The position numbers and the translations under genes are program-made. The notes beneath the pieces are model-generated. The model ran no database searches, was not told the origin of the DNA, and saw only the letters and a list, made by a program, of their open reading frames with translations. A stretch of DNA of 64,000 bases from an uncultured bacterium (lineage in GTDB: Bacteria; Verrucomicrobiota; Verrucomicrobiia; Limisphaerales; UBA8199). The stretch lies in the NCBI GenBank assembly GCA_963749495.1, contig CAVVMW010000012.1:256001-320000 (forward strand), in the 5' to 3' direction. Positions 31,299 to 41,756 of the stretch are shown here, in pieces (within the stretch, counting starts at the first letter, position 1; the number at the start of each line of letters is the position of its first letter).

Positions 31299-34027
31299 GC
31301 CTTCCATACCCCCCGCTGCTTCGCCCGCTCCACGGCGCGATCCACTTCGTCTGGCTTCCACGGCTCGATCAGACCCAGTAGCGCGTCCGCCAGCCGTTGC
31401 AGGTTCGCCAACTCCTCGGCTTCGGCAGGTGTGAGCCGGCCTTCATCCTCCAAGTCCAGGAGCTTGCCGCGCCGCCGATTTGTTTTTTCCCAATCCATCG
31501 TGATGGCGAGAAGGTCACTGAGACGGTCGAGATCGGTGTAATCCTTTGGAAAGTACTCAGTTTGCACGAACGGCACGCCGCGTCGGCGAACGCCGCTGAA
31601 CAGGTCGAGAAGCCGCCGCTCCAGCTTGGCCGGAAGGTTGTACAGCCGGAGAACCTCGGCATCAACGCGCCAGTGGAGGAACTTCAGCCGCTCGGATTCG
31701 GCTTCGCTAAGGCTCGCCTGCACCCCGCCGTTGAAAAACTCCATCTGGTGGGTGGACTTGCTTTGTTGGGCGCTACGCTTCGGGGGCTGCGCCTTTGCTG
31801 AAGGAATCGGCCGTGCGGCGGCGAGATACTCTGAGACGGCCCTCTCCATAGGAGCGAGGTCGCAGGCGGCAAGGTCTGGGAAAGGCATCTCGCGCATATC
31901 ACCCACTAGCACGTCGCGTTTGGTGGAATGGCAAAAGGCGTAAGCATTGGCGAGGGGCGAATTGAGTGGTCCCCAAAGGGCCAGCAGAGACACGCATTGC
32001 TGTTTTGGGCGGACAACGATGAAACGGCTTGTAACGGGATGCCCCTTTTCATCGATGAGTGCTTTAAGCCGCCAAGCCTCACGGCTGACTCGGGCGTAGT
32101 TCAGGAGGACCTGTGCACTCCCGACCACCGTCCCACTTACAGGCCGCCGGATAGTGGCTGGCGCGAGATTGAGCCACGATACCGCTGGCAACTCGTGTGT
32201 GGCTTGCGACTCCTCCCATGCAGAAAAGCCCGCAGTAAGTCCTTCCTTCCTAACCGGTGATTCGGTAATCGAGCCGCTAGGCCGCTTCGGGTCTGTGCTG
32301 CTTCTGTGAATCAGCCCTTGCCCGACCTCGGTGAAATTCTCCAGACGCTTCATCCCGGCGAGTGCCTGCCACAGATCGTCAAGTTCCGGTACAACCAACG
32401 AAGCGTCTTCCGCCGCGAGCAACCGTTCCCGCTTGACCGTCATCTCGCTGCTCGCGGCATACGTCCGGCTGAATTCCGCAACCTGCCCTTCGCGGATGCG
32501 CTGGTAACGCACAGCGAAGCGCCGCGGCGCGTTTGGCGCAAAACGGCGACCGATCATGACGGTGCTCTCCGGCTCCCCGTAACGGAACACCTTGTCGGCG
32601 AAAAGGCTGATTTCAGAAATCTCGTAGTCACGCAGGAGCGCCTCGCGCAGCCCGCGCGCTTGCTGGCTATGGAGTAGTGTCTGCGGCAGTACGAATCCGA
32701 ACACGCCGCCGGGCGGGAGATTCTCCACCACCCGGCGGAAAGTCTCCGCCGCTTTGTTGTGGAGCCACTCCTGTTTGCGAGTGCCAGCCTCGAACGGCTC
32801 AAAAGGCGGGTTGCCAAGCACGATGGACGCTTCGCGCACCGAGCGTTCCAACCGGTCCCCCGGGAACATGTCGGCTTCCGTCAAGGCCCAGCCGTTCGGA
32901 TTTGGCACGTCGGCGAGCGTCAGCGACAGCCGGGCAATTTCGAGCGCGAAGGGGTCACGCTCCATTCCGTGCAGACGACGACGCAGGTAGGATTGGCGGG
33001 CTTCGCGCCAATCGGACGGCAGCAACTCACTCAGCAGGCGCATCGCTGAGATGAGGAAAGCCGCATGGCCACATGCCGGTTCGAAAACGTCGCGCTCGCT
33101 GGGCGGCATCTCGCTAATCCACGGACGAAGCCGGCCCACGATGTAATCCACCAGCCAAGGCGGCGTGCTGTGCGTGCCCAACCGCTGCCTGGTTGCGCGG
33201 TCAATCAGCGCGCTTTCGTAAAGGTGCGCGAGGGCTTCCGTGCTGACGAGCCCGCAGTGGCCCAGATTCTGGATGTCGGTGGCCGCCGCTTCCAATGAGG
33301 CGCGCCGGTCGCGGCCGCCCACCGGAACGGGTTTCGGGTTCTCGCTGTTGTAGTGCTTCGACAGCCGCTCATAGACGCTGTCCAAATCTGTGAGAGCCAG
33401 TCGGACGAAGCCCGGCACCTCTTTGTCCTGAAGAATCTTGGCGGCGAGCAACCAAAACGTTGCCTGCAACAGCCAGCGCCCGTCGTTTTCCGAAACCTCG
33501 GCCCAGCCGAGCCGTTTTCGGCCGGAACTCACCACCCGCTCAATGACGTTGCGCAGCTTCTCGCCAGCCGCCTCCTCGACGACCGGCAGCAACCCGGTAT
33601 CCACAAAATCAAGCTGGTAAGTGCTCTCCAGGCGCGCCCACGTCTTCGCGCGATAGATGGCATCCGGCGCCAACTCCGCGGCGTGTTTTCGGAAGAAGCC
33701 AGGCACCTCAGACGGCGTGAGCGGGCAGAAAAACCGCGGTCGTTCCGCCCCCTGTTTCCACACATGGTAGCGGCCCGGCAGACAGGCGAAGACGAGTGGC
33801 GCGCCAAGTGGCCGCGCAGACGAAACGTCGGCCTCGGTAAACTGCGGTCCCACAAGAGCGACCAACGCTGCCGTCCGCGAATCCAAAGGGCGGTCAGAAA
33901 AGGCAAACAGCCCCGGCCTGCTCGTTCCGTCCGGGAAAAGCACGCCGGAGCGCAGTCGGTCCTCGGAGAACCCAACGCGCAACAAGCCCTCACGTACGGG
34001 GCGAAGTTCTGTCGGCAGCGCGAGCAC
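31295..34027 (-). CDS. Large N6-adenine DNA methyltransferase (gamma order) with TRD region and helical C-terminal tail
   Basis: GTHSTPPWLV, VFEPACGHAAFL, LGNPPF; start taken at GTG 34027 and uncertain. Confidence 0.85.
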   Translation of the reverse strand: MLALPTELRPVREGLLRVGFSEDRLRSGVLFPDGTSRPGLFAFSDRPLDSRTAALVALVGPQFTEADVSSARPLGAPLVFACLPGRYHVWKQGAERPRFFCPLTPSEVPGFFRKHAAELAPDAIYRAKTWARLESTYQLDFVDTGLLPVVEEAAGEKLRNVIERVVSSGRKRLGWAEVSENDGRWLLQATFWLLAAKILQDKEVPGFVRLALTDLDSVYERLSKHYNSENPKPVPVGGRDRRASLEAAATDIQNLGHCGLVSTEALAHLYESALIDRATRQRLGTHSTPPWLVDYIVGRLRPWISEMPPSERDVFEPACGHAAFLISAMRLLSELLPSDWREARQSYLRRRLHGMERDPFALEIARLSLTLADVPNPNGWALTEADMFPGDRLERSVREASIVLGNPPFEPFEAGTRKQEWLHNKAAETFRRVVENLPPGGVFGFVLPQTLLHSQQARGLREALLRDYEISEISLFADKVFRYGEPESTVMIGRRFAPNAPRRFAVRYQRIREGQVAEFSRTYAASSEMTVKRERLLAAEDASLVVPELDDLWQALAGMKRLENFTEVGQGLIHRSSTDPKRPSGSITESPVRKEGLTAGFSAWEESQATHELPAVSWLNLAPATIRRPVSGTVVGSAQVLLNYARVSREAWRLKALIDEKGHPVTSRFIVVRPKQQCVSLLALWGPLNSPLANAYAFCHSTKRDVLVGDMREMPFPDLAACDLAPMERAVSEYLAAARPIPSAKAQPPKRSAQQSKSTHQMEFFNGGVQASLSEAESERLKFLHWRVDAEVLRLYNLPAKLERRLLDLFSGVRRRGVPFVQTEYFPKDYTDLDRLSDLLAITMDWEKTNRRRGKLLDLEDEGRLTPAEAEELANLQRLADALLGLIEPWKPDEVDRAVERAKQRGVWKA

Positions 34028-34161
34028 GTTTCGTTTTGAGAATACATTTACCCGAGACCAAATGCCAACGCGAATAACTTCTGAGAAATTCTGAGATCTC
34101 GGCCGTTTGCGCTCGCCCGCAGGCGGCCCAAAACTGGCCCGATTTCGCGGCCCAACAACAA

Positions 34162-34311
34162 GCTTCTCGCCCTGGCCAAACTCGATTCCGACACCTTGGT
34201 GGGCGGAGTGAGGCGCATCCGGGGCAAGAAACCCCCTCTGGCCGCAGCCGGGGTCCACGCCCGGCGGGCCGAATACACCCGCAGCATTGAGCCCGCCAGC
34301 GCCCTCGCCGC
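34162..34311 (+). pseudogene. Second, diverged copy of the Type IIG C-terminal remnant (direct repeat of 30216-30364)
   Basis: gcttctcgcc.tggccaaactcgattccgac...gccgaatacacccgc.gcattga.cccgcc.gcgccctcgccgc shared. Confidence 0.8.
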
Positions 34312-34720
34312 TGTCGGCGCGGACGCAAAATGTTGGGTTCCTCCCAGGAGGCGAAAAGCGGCTCAAGGGCCTCCGCTCTGATTAACCCCAACCGGCAATG
34401 GCTGCCAAGCGGTGTTCAATGGCCGGGGGGCGCAATCCGTCACTGCCCCCGAGCGTGCGCTCTTGCTCGGTACTAGCCCGAGGACGGGCGCGTCTCGGGG
34501 CCAGTGCCGGGTCATTGGAGTTCGAGAGGAGGGTGCCGGGAGTCGAACTGCGGCGAGAATGGACAGGGGTCATTATGGGTTCAGCCATAGCGCAACTGTT
34601 CAGGTGGGGACGCGTGGGGCATGCGCTCGACGGCGCAACCTGGGCGCGTGCGGAGTGCTGAGCTACGGGCGCTTTGCGCTTGCCCCAAGCGGCTCTTGTT
34701 CCATAGTAGTTGCCGGCTTG

Positions 34721-34760
34721 TTGGGCGCTTGGCGCAGCGGTTAGCGCGTCTCGTTTACAC
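34721..34760 (+). repeat. att-like duplicate of the 5' half of tRNA-Val(TAC), up to the anticodon loop
   Basis: 40/40 identical to 42781-42820. Confidence 0.9.
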
Positions 34761-35265
34761 GGAGATTCGGGCGCCTGGACCCATTATTCCCCCAGGTGGC
34801 CCCACGCGGACAAACCCAGCTTTTGCAGCGTTCCCGTTCACTTTCGAGGTGGACCCAGCGGGTCCCACTTGGCCCCGAATTTTTCCCAGGTGCGTATAAG
34901 CGCGCGTATAAGCAACCGCGCCCACCGGTTGTAGCCTTTTATTCCTCATCAGATCCATACTATTTCCAGGATGCTGAGGGCAGGCCCGTTGTCCCAATCG
35001 GCGATTATACTTGGGGAACCTTCTCGGACTTGGATTACGACGGCAGGAAGTACCATGACTCCCTGAAGGCCCACAACCGAAACTCGCGCCCGGAAGCAGC
35101 CCCAGTGGCGACTGCCTGTTGACCTCCGGGCCCGGCGCTTTAATTACCTCTTTCACGACAACCATGTCCAGGCCCTTCGCATCGAGCAACCCGTGGGCAC
35201 CGGGACGTTGGACGATCCCAAGTGGATGTGAACGGTTGCCCGGGGGCCAGCACCCATTCTCCTGG

Positions 35266-36645
35266 CTATGGTTTCTTCTGAAAACTCACGACGTTCGAAT
35301 AGGTTTTCGCCGGCGCATCCAACAGGTGGTCGTCCTGGTTCTTGAAAATCTTGTTGAAGAAAGAGACGAGACAGGCGTCCTTGGCCTGGCCCGCCAGGCG
35401 CGTGACCGAGTTGGGTGAGGTGGTCCAGGCCTCATCAGTGAACGTTCCATGCTGGGTTCCTGTGATTTGCAGGATATAGGCCGTGTTGGTGGAGTGGTTG
35501 AACATTATGAGGTTATTCGGCGCCAGCCCGGAGTTGGGACTGTTCATAGCCAGAAACGGTTTCTGGAGCCCCAGGTTGATCACGTTGGGCACAGGGTCCA
35601 AATAGCCGTCGAGAAGGACAACCGCCTTGATCAGTTGGTTGGTGCGGCAGTATTCGGCCGTAGTGCTTCCCCCAAAAGACCAGCCCATCATGCCGATGTG
35701 GTCAAGGTCCAGCCGGCCAGCCAGCAGCGGGTCGGTTTGACTGAACTGGCTGAGTTGCCCTAAAACGAACTGCACATCCTCAAACCGGCTCCGCAGGTAA
35801 TAACCGGCATTGTTGAGCACGTTGCCGAAAGTGAAGCCTCGCACCACCATATTGCCATCCGGGAACACCGAAGCGAAACAGTCGATGTGATCGACGGCGA
35901 CCACGATGTACCCGTAACTGGCCAATTTCACGGCGGTCTCAGTGTTATCGGCCCGAAGGCCAGCCGAGTCACCGCCCGCCGCCAGACCATCCGATAACCC
36001 GTGTGAATAAATGACCACCGGGTAGGCGGCGGCGTTGGTGCTGATCGGGGCTTCAGAAAAGGCCTGGGAGACAAAACTGGGTGCGACATTGGTCATTGAA
36101 CCCCAGAAGGGATAATAGTTGGCCAGCTTGGCCTCCATGTAGGGTGCCGGCCACTGGCCGACCTCGGCCTGCGCCGGATACCAGAATGTCGCCATGAACG
36201 AGCTGTTGGTCTTGATGTTGTAGCGGTTGGTGCTGGACGGATCGGTGAGCATTCTCACGAATGACCCAACCGGGAAAGGCCCGGTGGGTGCGGGAAATGG
36301 AGTGATGAGGAGGTTGGTTGGCATCCGATAAAACCGTTGAGGCAACGTGCTGGCAGCCTGGTCAACATAGATCAAAGCGTTGGTGGAGGCATTGGTCCGC
36401 AGGAGGCTCGCCAAGGGCGCCCAATCCACCAGATCAGGCGAGGCCTCGAGCAGATACAGGTCGAAATAGGGCCTGAATGGCGGGGCCGGTTTGCCCCCGA
36501 GTTCGAGGCACGCCGTATGATCAGGCAGCATTTGGATCTGATTAAACTGATGAACGCTGGCGCTCTGGGCCGGCGCCCGGACCAACGAGAGCCACATCAT
36601 GCCCAGGCCAAGAGACCAGAATAAGGAAGCGGTTGGAGTGCTCAC
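35266..36645 (-). CDS. Secreted alpha/beta hydrolase (PAF-acetylhydrolase-like) with N-terminal FYR domain
   Basis: PTGPFPVG, WYPA, YPVVIYSHG, GWSFGG nucleophile elbow, HGTFTD. Confidence 0.85.
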   Translation of the reverse strand: MSTPTASLFWSLGLGMMWLSLVRAPAQSASVHQFNQIQMLPDHTACLELGGKPAPPFRPYFDLYLLEASPDLVDWAPLASLLRTNASTNALIYVDQAASTLPQRFYRMPTNLLITPFPAPTGPFPVGSFVRMLTDPSSTNRYNIKTNSSFMATFWYPAQAEVGQWPAPYMEAKLANYYPFWGSMTNVAPSFVSQAFSEAPISTNAAAYPVVIYSHGLSDGLAAGGDSAGLRADNTETAVKLASYGYIVVAVDHIDCFASVFPDGNMVVRGFTFGNVLNNAGYYLRSRFEDVQFVLGQLSQFSQTDPLLAGRLDLDHIGMMGWSFGGSTTAEYCRTNQLIKAVVLLDGYLDPVPNVINLGLQKPFLAMNSPNSGLAPNNLIMFNHSTNTAYILQITGTQHGTFTDEAWTTSPNSVTRLAGQAKDACLVSFFNKIFKNQDDHLLDAPAKTYSNVVSFQKKP

Positions 36646-36778
36646 AATAGGATTTCGGATTTGATATTTGATTGTCGCTCGTCTCTGACCTGCCAGGCGG
36701 GGAACCGCCCGCCTGGCAGGTTGGGCTATTTCCGCACGAGAGTTCGTAAGGCAGGGTATCAAAGGGTCATTCCGCGGA

Positions 36779-37312
36779 TCAGCGGTTTGCGCGCACTTGT
36801 CCTTTCATGGTCCAGGTTGCCTTGCCGGTGGCGTACGCGCCCGTAGGCTGGGCGAGCCCCTGCGTGGTAAACAGGGCGAACCCGTCGATTTCGGCCTGGC
36901 CGGTTGCGTTGGCGAACTTGCCTGAGCCGCCCGTGAACGTCACTTCGTAGTGGATGTTGAGGAAGTTCTGGTTGTCCGGCTCGAGCATCCCGTAGCCTTC
37001 GACCTTCGCGTTCAGGGTGCTCGCCCCCGTGGCATTGGTGATGGTGAACGTGCCCTTGAGCCCGAAGAGATCGGAGTAAACGGCCGTGACGAGGACGTCG
37101 AAGTGGACCGTGCAATTGCCCAGGTGCGAGACCTGGACGACGCCGTCCACGCTGTGCGTAAACACGCTCTTGTTGGTAGCGGTTTGGGTGAGGACAAACG
37201 TCGTGCCCGCACTGGCGTAGATCTCAGCGGCGCTGGCGGAGACGTTGGTCAGGAGCAGGCCGGCGGCGCCGACCGCGCAACCGAGGACTTTCGATATACT
37301 GAGGTTTTTCAT
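36779..37312 (-). CDS. Secreted hypothetical beta-rich protein
   Basis: Signal peptide ending ASA; FTGGSGKFANATG motif, reminiscent of dirigent/AOC-like barrels. Confidence 0.7.
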   Translation of the reverse strand: MKNLSISKVLGCAVGAAGLLLTNVSASAAEIYASAGTTFVLTQTATNKSVFTHSVDGVVQVSHLGNCTVHFDVLVTAVYSDLFGLKGTFTITNATGASTLNAKVEGYGMLEPDNQNFLNIHYEVTFTGGSGKFANATGQAEIDGFALFTTQGLAQPTGAYATGKATWTMKGQVRANR

Positions 37313-37393
37313 GCTGTTGCTTCTTTCTTTTTGGGAGGCTGGGCCTCCGAGGTTTTTGTTGTTGTCTGTTAGTGCCGCTGAATAGTGGCCGTC

Positions 37394-37428
37394 ATCCTCT
37401 ACAGAGGGAAAAGCGGGAAAAACTTACA
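37394..37428 (-). promoter_or_regulatory. Candidate ECF-dependent promoter of the 37312 operon
   Basis: TGTAAGTTTTTCCCGCTTTTCCCTCTGTAGAGGAT; 28/35 ungapped match to 41604-41638. Confidence 0.7.
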
Positions 37429-37470
37429 GGGAATCTTGCCGGTTGCCGCCCGGCTCGCGGGGAAACCGCG

Positions 37471-40400
37471 CTATTCAACCGTAATGGCGACCAGGAAGGT
37501 GGGATAGAAGGACATGCCGGAGACCAGGTCAATGCTTTCCACCTCGACTTGTGGCAGCGGGTTTTCCCACGAGGTCTGGTAGAGCCGAACCTGGCCCAGG
37601 CTATTGGCGCCGCTCCAGGCGACGATCGAGCCCTTGACCGTTTGGGATTCGTCAGTGAAGCTCACGTCGTCCAGGTCCTGGTGGGTCAGCGGGATCTCCC
37701 AAGTCTGGCCGTTGGCGAAGTTGATCACATAACTGGCCAGGAGTTCCTTCAAATCTCCCCACCGCCGGGCGTGCAGAAAATGCAGCACACGGCACGGGCG
37801 GCCCACCTTGAGGCCCAGGAATTGCGTTGGAAGATCCGTGCCCATCAACTGCAGGTATGGGCAGCCAAATTGAACGACGCCAGCCCGGATCTCGAATTCG
37901 ATCTGGCCGAGCTTTTGCCGGCCTTGCGGCAGGCTCGGAAGGCTCCCGCCGCGGAGCATGTTAGGCAGCTCGCTGGCCAGCGCCAGGTTGCACGCAGTGG
38001 AGAGATCGACGCAAAAGGGGGATGGCGCGGGTTCAGGCCCCGCTGCTTGGCGGGTAAGCCCGAGCGTCTCGAGGAACCGCGCGGCCTCCGGGTCGTCGGG
38101 CGCCAGCAGCGAGGGCCCCAACCGCTCGGCCGGATAGAGCCGGGCCGAGTCTCGGGCGCAAAGCCGCTGCCAGCCTTCGGCGCTCTCAGCCGCCGTCAGG
38201 TCCTGGAAACTGCCCGTGGCGTCGAGGCGACGGCCGGCCAGCACCGTCGCTTGCAGCGCCAGGTACTCCAGCGGCCGGGAGTCCGACGGCAGGTCCCACG
38301 ACCAAATGCCCTCTTCCGTCAGCGTGAGGATGTGCGTGCCGGCGGCGTTGAAGGCGGCGGCGCGCACGGCGCCGCGATGCTCCAGCGGCACCAGCACCAA
38401 CTCGCCGGTCTTGGCATCCCACACGCGCGCGGTCCGGTCACCACTGGCGGTGACGACCAATCGGCCGTCCGGGCTCAACGCGGCATGGAAGACGGCCTGT
38501 TCGTGCCTGAAAAATGGAGTGATGGCCTGGCCGGTTTCCGCATTCCACACGCGCGCCGTGCCATCGTGCCCAGCGCTCACGAGCTGCCGGCCGTCGCTGC
38601 TGAACGACGCGTGCTCAATCAAGGCAGTGTGCTCCAACGGCGGGGTCGTCGGCCGGCCGGTGCTTACATCCCAGATCTGGAGCCGCTGGCCGGCGACGGC
38701 GCACACGCGCCGGCTGTCCGGACTGAAGCAGGCGAAGGTAACCCAGTCGGTCTGCTTGAGAGCCGGGCCGACGGCCAGGCCGGTGGCCGCGTCCCACACG
38801 CGCACGGCCGCATCCAGACCGGCGGTTGCCACCCAGTGGCCGTCGGGACTGAAGCACGCGCACAGCACCGTGCCGCTGTGCCGCAGCGGAGGCCCGATGG
38901 GCCGGCCCGTCAGGGCGTCCACCAGTCGGGCCGTGTCGTCACCCGCCGCGATCACGAAACGCCGCCGGTCCGCGCTGAAAGCCGCGCGGTTGATGAGGCT
39001 GCGCGGCTGCGAAGGCGGGGAGCGCACGGCCATTGGGCCGATGTCCCAGACGCGCGCGGTGCCGTCGTCGCTGGCAGTCAGGGCCCGGCGGCCGTCGGGA
39101 CTGAATGCGGCGTGACTGACCTGAGCATTGTGGGGCAAGGGCGGGGTGGTCGGTTGGAGCGTGCGGGCATCATAAACGCGCGCGCTGTGATCACTGTCGG
39201 CGGAGATGAGAAACCGCCCGTCCGGACTCAAGAGCGGAAACCGCATCCAACCTGACACACAAAAGTGTTTGAAAGGCGACGACTGCCGGGTGGCCAGATC
39301 CCAAATGCGCCCTTCCCCCAAGCCGCCTGTGAGCAGCCGGCGGCCATCGGGGCTGAAGCAGACCTGATAGACCGCTTTGGGGTGGATCAGCGGTTGTCCC
39401 AGCAGTTCGCCCGTAGCGGCGTCCCACACGCACGCCGTCCTGTCCACGCTCGCCGTCGCAATAAAGCGGCCGTCCGTGCTGAAGACGGCGTTGCGGATTG
39501 CGCCGTCATGGCGCAGGCAGAGGAGCTCCTTGCCGCTGGCCGCGTCCCAGACCCGCGCGGTTCCATCGAAGCTGGCGGTGAGCAGGCGCCCGCCATCCGG
39601 ACTGAACGAGGCTTGGGTCACCACGCCGGTGTGCCCGCGCAGCGCGGTCTCCAAGGAGCCAGTGGAGGCATCCCACACCCACACGTTCGTGTCCCACCCG
39701 CCCGCCACCACGCGGCGGCCATCCGGGCCAAAAGCGGCGTGGAACACAAAATTGCTGGTCCTGAGAGACGGTGTAAGAGGCTGGCCCGTCCGCGCGTCAT
39801 ACACACGCGCGCTGTTGGTGTCCACACCCCTGCGACCACGCGCGAGCCATCGGGGCTGAAGGCGCCTTTGACGCCCCAACCGGGGACGTGGTACAGCGCG
39901 GGAGTGACGGGCCGGCCCGTGGCCGCATCCCAAACCCGGGCCTCGTGGCCGAGCGTGAGGATCGACTGTCCGTCAGGGCTGAAGACACCATAAACCACGC
40001 CGTTGGTGTGGGGAAGGACGTGGAGAAGCCTTGGACAACGCTGCAACACCGAGGCAAAACGGAGCCGATGGACCCGCTCCTGGTCTGGATCGCCCTCGAC
40101 CAAGCCCAGCGATTGAGCAAACCAGAGCAGCGCTCCGGTCAAGTCGCCCTGCTTCTCCAACCGGACCCCGTTGGCGACCGATAATCGCAGCAATTGCTCG
40201 CGAGCCGCGCGCGCCTCAAGCCGTGCCCGTTCCTCGGCCCGCTGCGCCTTTTGCTCACTGGCTTCGGCGCGTTGGCGCTGACGGGTCTGCTCCCATTCGG
40301 CCTTTGTGGCGCGCACCGCCTGCCACGCGCTCACCACCGCCCCCAGCACCAGAACGGTGCCGACAAGCCCGGCGGCCATGACTGCGACCTTGTTCCGCCG

Positions 40401-41597
40401 CAGGAACTTCTGCAGCTTGTAGGCGGCGCTGGGCGGGCGGGCCACGACCGGCTCGTTGGCCAAATGGCGTTGGATGTCCGCCGCAAGCCCGGTTGCCGTC
40501 TCGTAACGCCGCGCCCGGTCCTTCTCCAGGCACTTCATTACGATCCAGTCAAGGTCAGTGGACACTGACGAGGGACGAGGGACGAGTTGCTCAGGCTGTG
40601 CCCGTAACGCAGCGGTCTGGCGCAGGCGGGTCGAGGGCCGGACTGGCTGGCGCTCACGGATGATCTTCCGCATCTCGTCCAAACCCGACTTCAGCAGTTC
40701 CTTTGTGTCAAACGGCGTGCTCCCCGTCAGCAGCTCATACAGGAGCACTCCAAGGCTGTAGATGTCCGAACGCGTGTCGATGTCCAACCCGCTCATCTCC
40801 GCCTGCTCCGGGCTCATGTAGGCCGGCGTCCCGATGAACTGCTGGAATTGGGTATACACCGTCTTCTCGGTCAACTCCGCCTGTGTCGCTTTAGCAATCC
40901 CGAAATCAATCACCTTGGGCACGGGCACCCCATCGTGCAGGGTCACCAGGATGTTCGAAGGCTTGAGGTCCCGGTGGATGATCCCCTTCTGGTGCGCGTG
41001 TTGAACCGCGTGACAGATCTGAATGAACAGCTTTAGCCTCTCCGTTGTCTCCGTTTTCTCCTGTTCACAGAACTTGGTAATCGGAATCCCCTTGACCAAC
41101 TCCATCACGAAGTAAGGCCGCCCGGTCTCAGTCGCCCCCGCATCGAAGACCTTGGCGATGTTGGGATGGTCCATCAGGGCCAGAGCCTGGCGCTCGGCCT
41201 CGAAACGGGCCACCACCTGCCGGGTGTCCATTCCCAGCTTGATGATCTTGAGTGCCACGCGCCGCTTCACCGGCTCGCGCTGCTCGGCGACATAGACCAG
41301 CCCAAATCCTCCCTCCCCGATCTTTTCGAGGATCTTGAAGCGGCCGATGACCGCGCCCCGCCCCTCTTCCGCCGGCACGACCACCGTCGCCTCGGCCGGC
41401 GCCGCCGGTTCCGTGAAACCGGCAGCCACCATACCAGCCTGTGCCCGCCCTTGGTCCTGCGCCTTCGGGGCAGGGACGTCACCCATCCGTTGCCCCGGCT
41501 CCAGCGCCAGCCCCAGCAGACACTTCGTGCAGAGGTCGTCCGGGCTGCCGCTCAGGATGACGCCGCCGCATTCTCTGCATCTGTTCTCCGCACTCAC
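37471..41597 (-). CDS. Ser/Thr protein kinase with TM segment, WD40 repeats and C-terminal beta-sandwich; frameshift in G-run ~39828
   Basis: N-terminal CxxC..Cxx[28 protein letters not shown]; many FSPDG...TAS.D.TARVWD repeats. Confidence 0.92.
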
Positions 41598-41603
41598 GAG
41601 ACT

Positions 41604-41638
41604 ATCCTATACAGAGGGAATTTCCCGAAAACCTTACA
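41604..41638 (-). promoter_or_regulatory. Candidate ECF-dependent promoter of the kinase gene
   Basis: TGTAAGGTTTTCGGGAAATTCCCTCTGTATAGGAT ending 6 nt before the GTG. Confidence 0.7.
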
Positions 41639-41756
41639 CATCGCCGTCTGTTTAGATGCCCATGCGGACGCCGCCCCGGGAAAGGCCGGCGTTCGCCGGT
41701 GGCGCACTCCATCGGAGGCAGCTCGCGGGGGCCAGTGTCGAGATAGACCCGCCGAC

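Noticed and set aside
37372..39255. 627-aa plus-strand ORF and similar long antisense ORFs (49622-51679, 18052-19776, 59180-60853)
   Set aside because: Antisense shadows of well-supported genes in GC-rich DNA.
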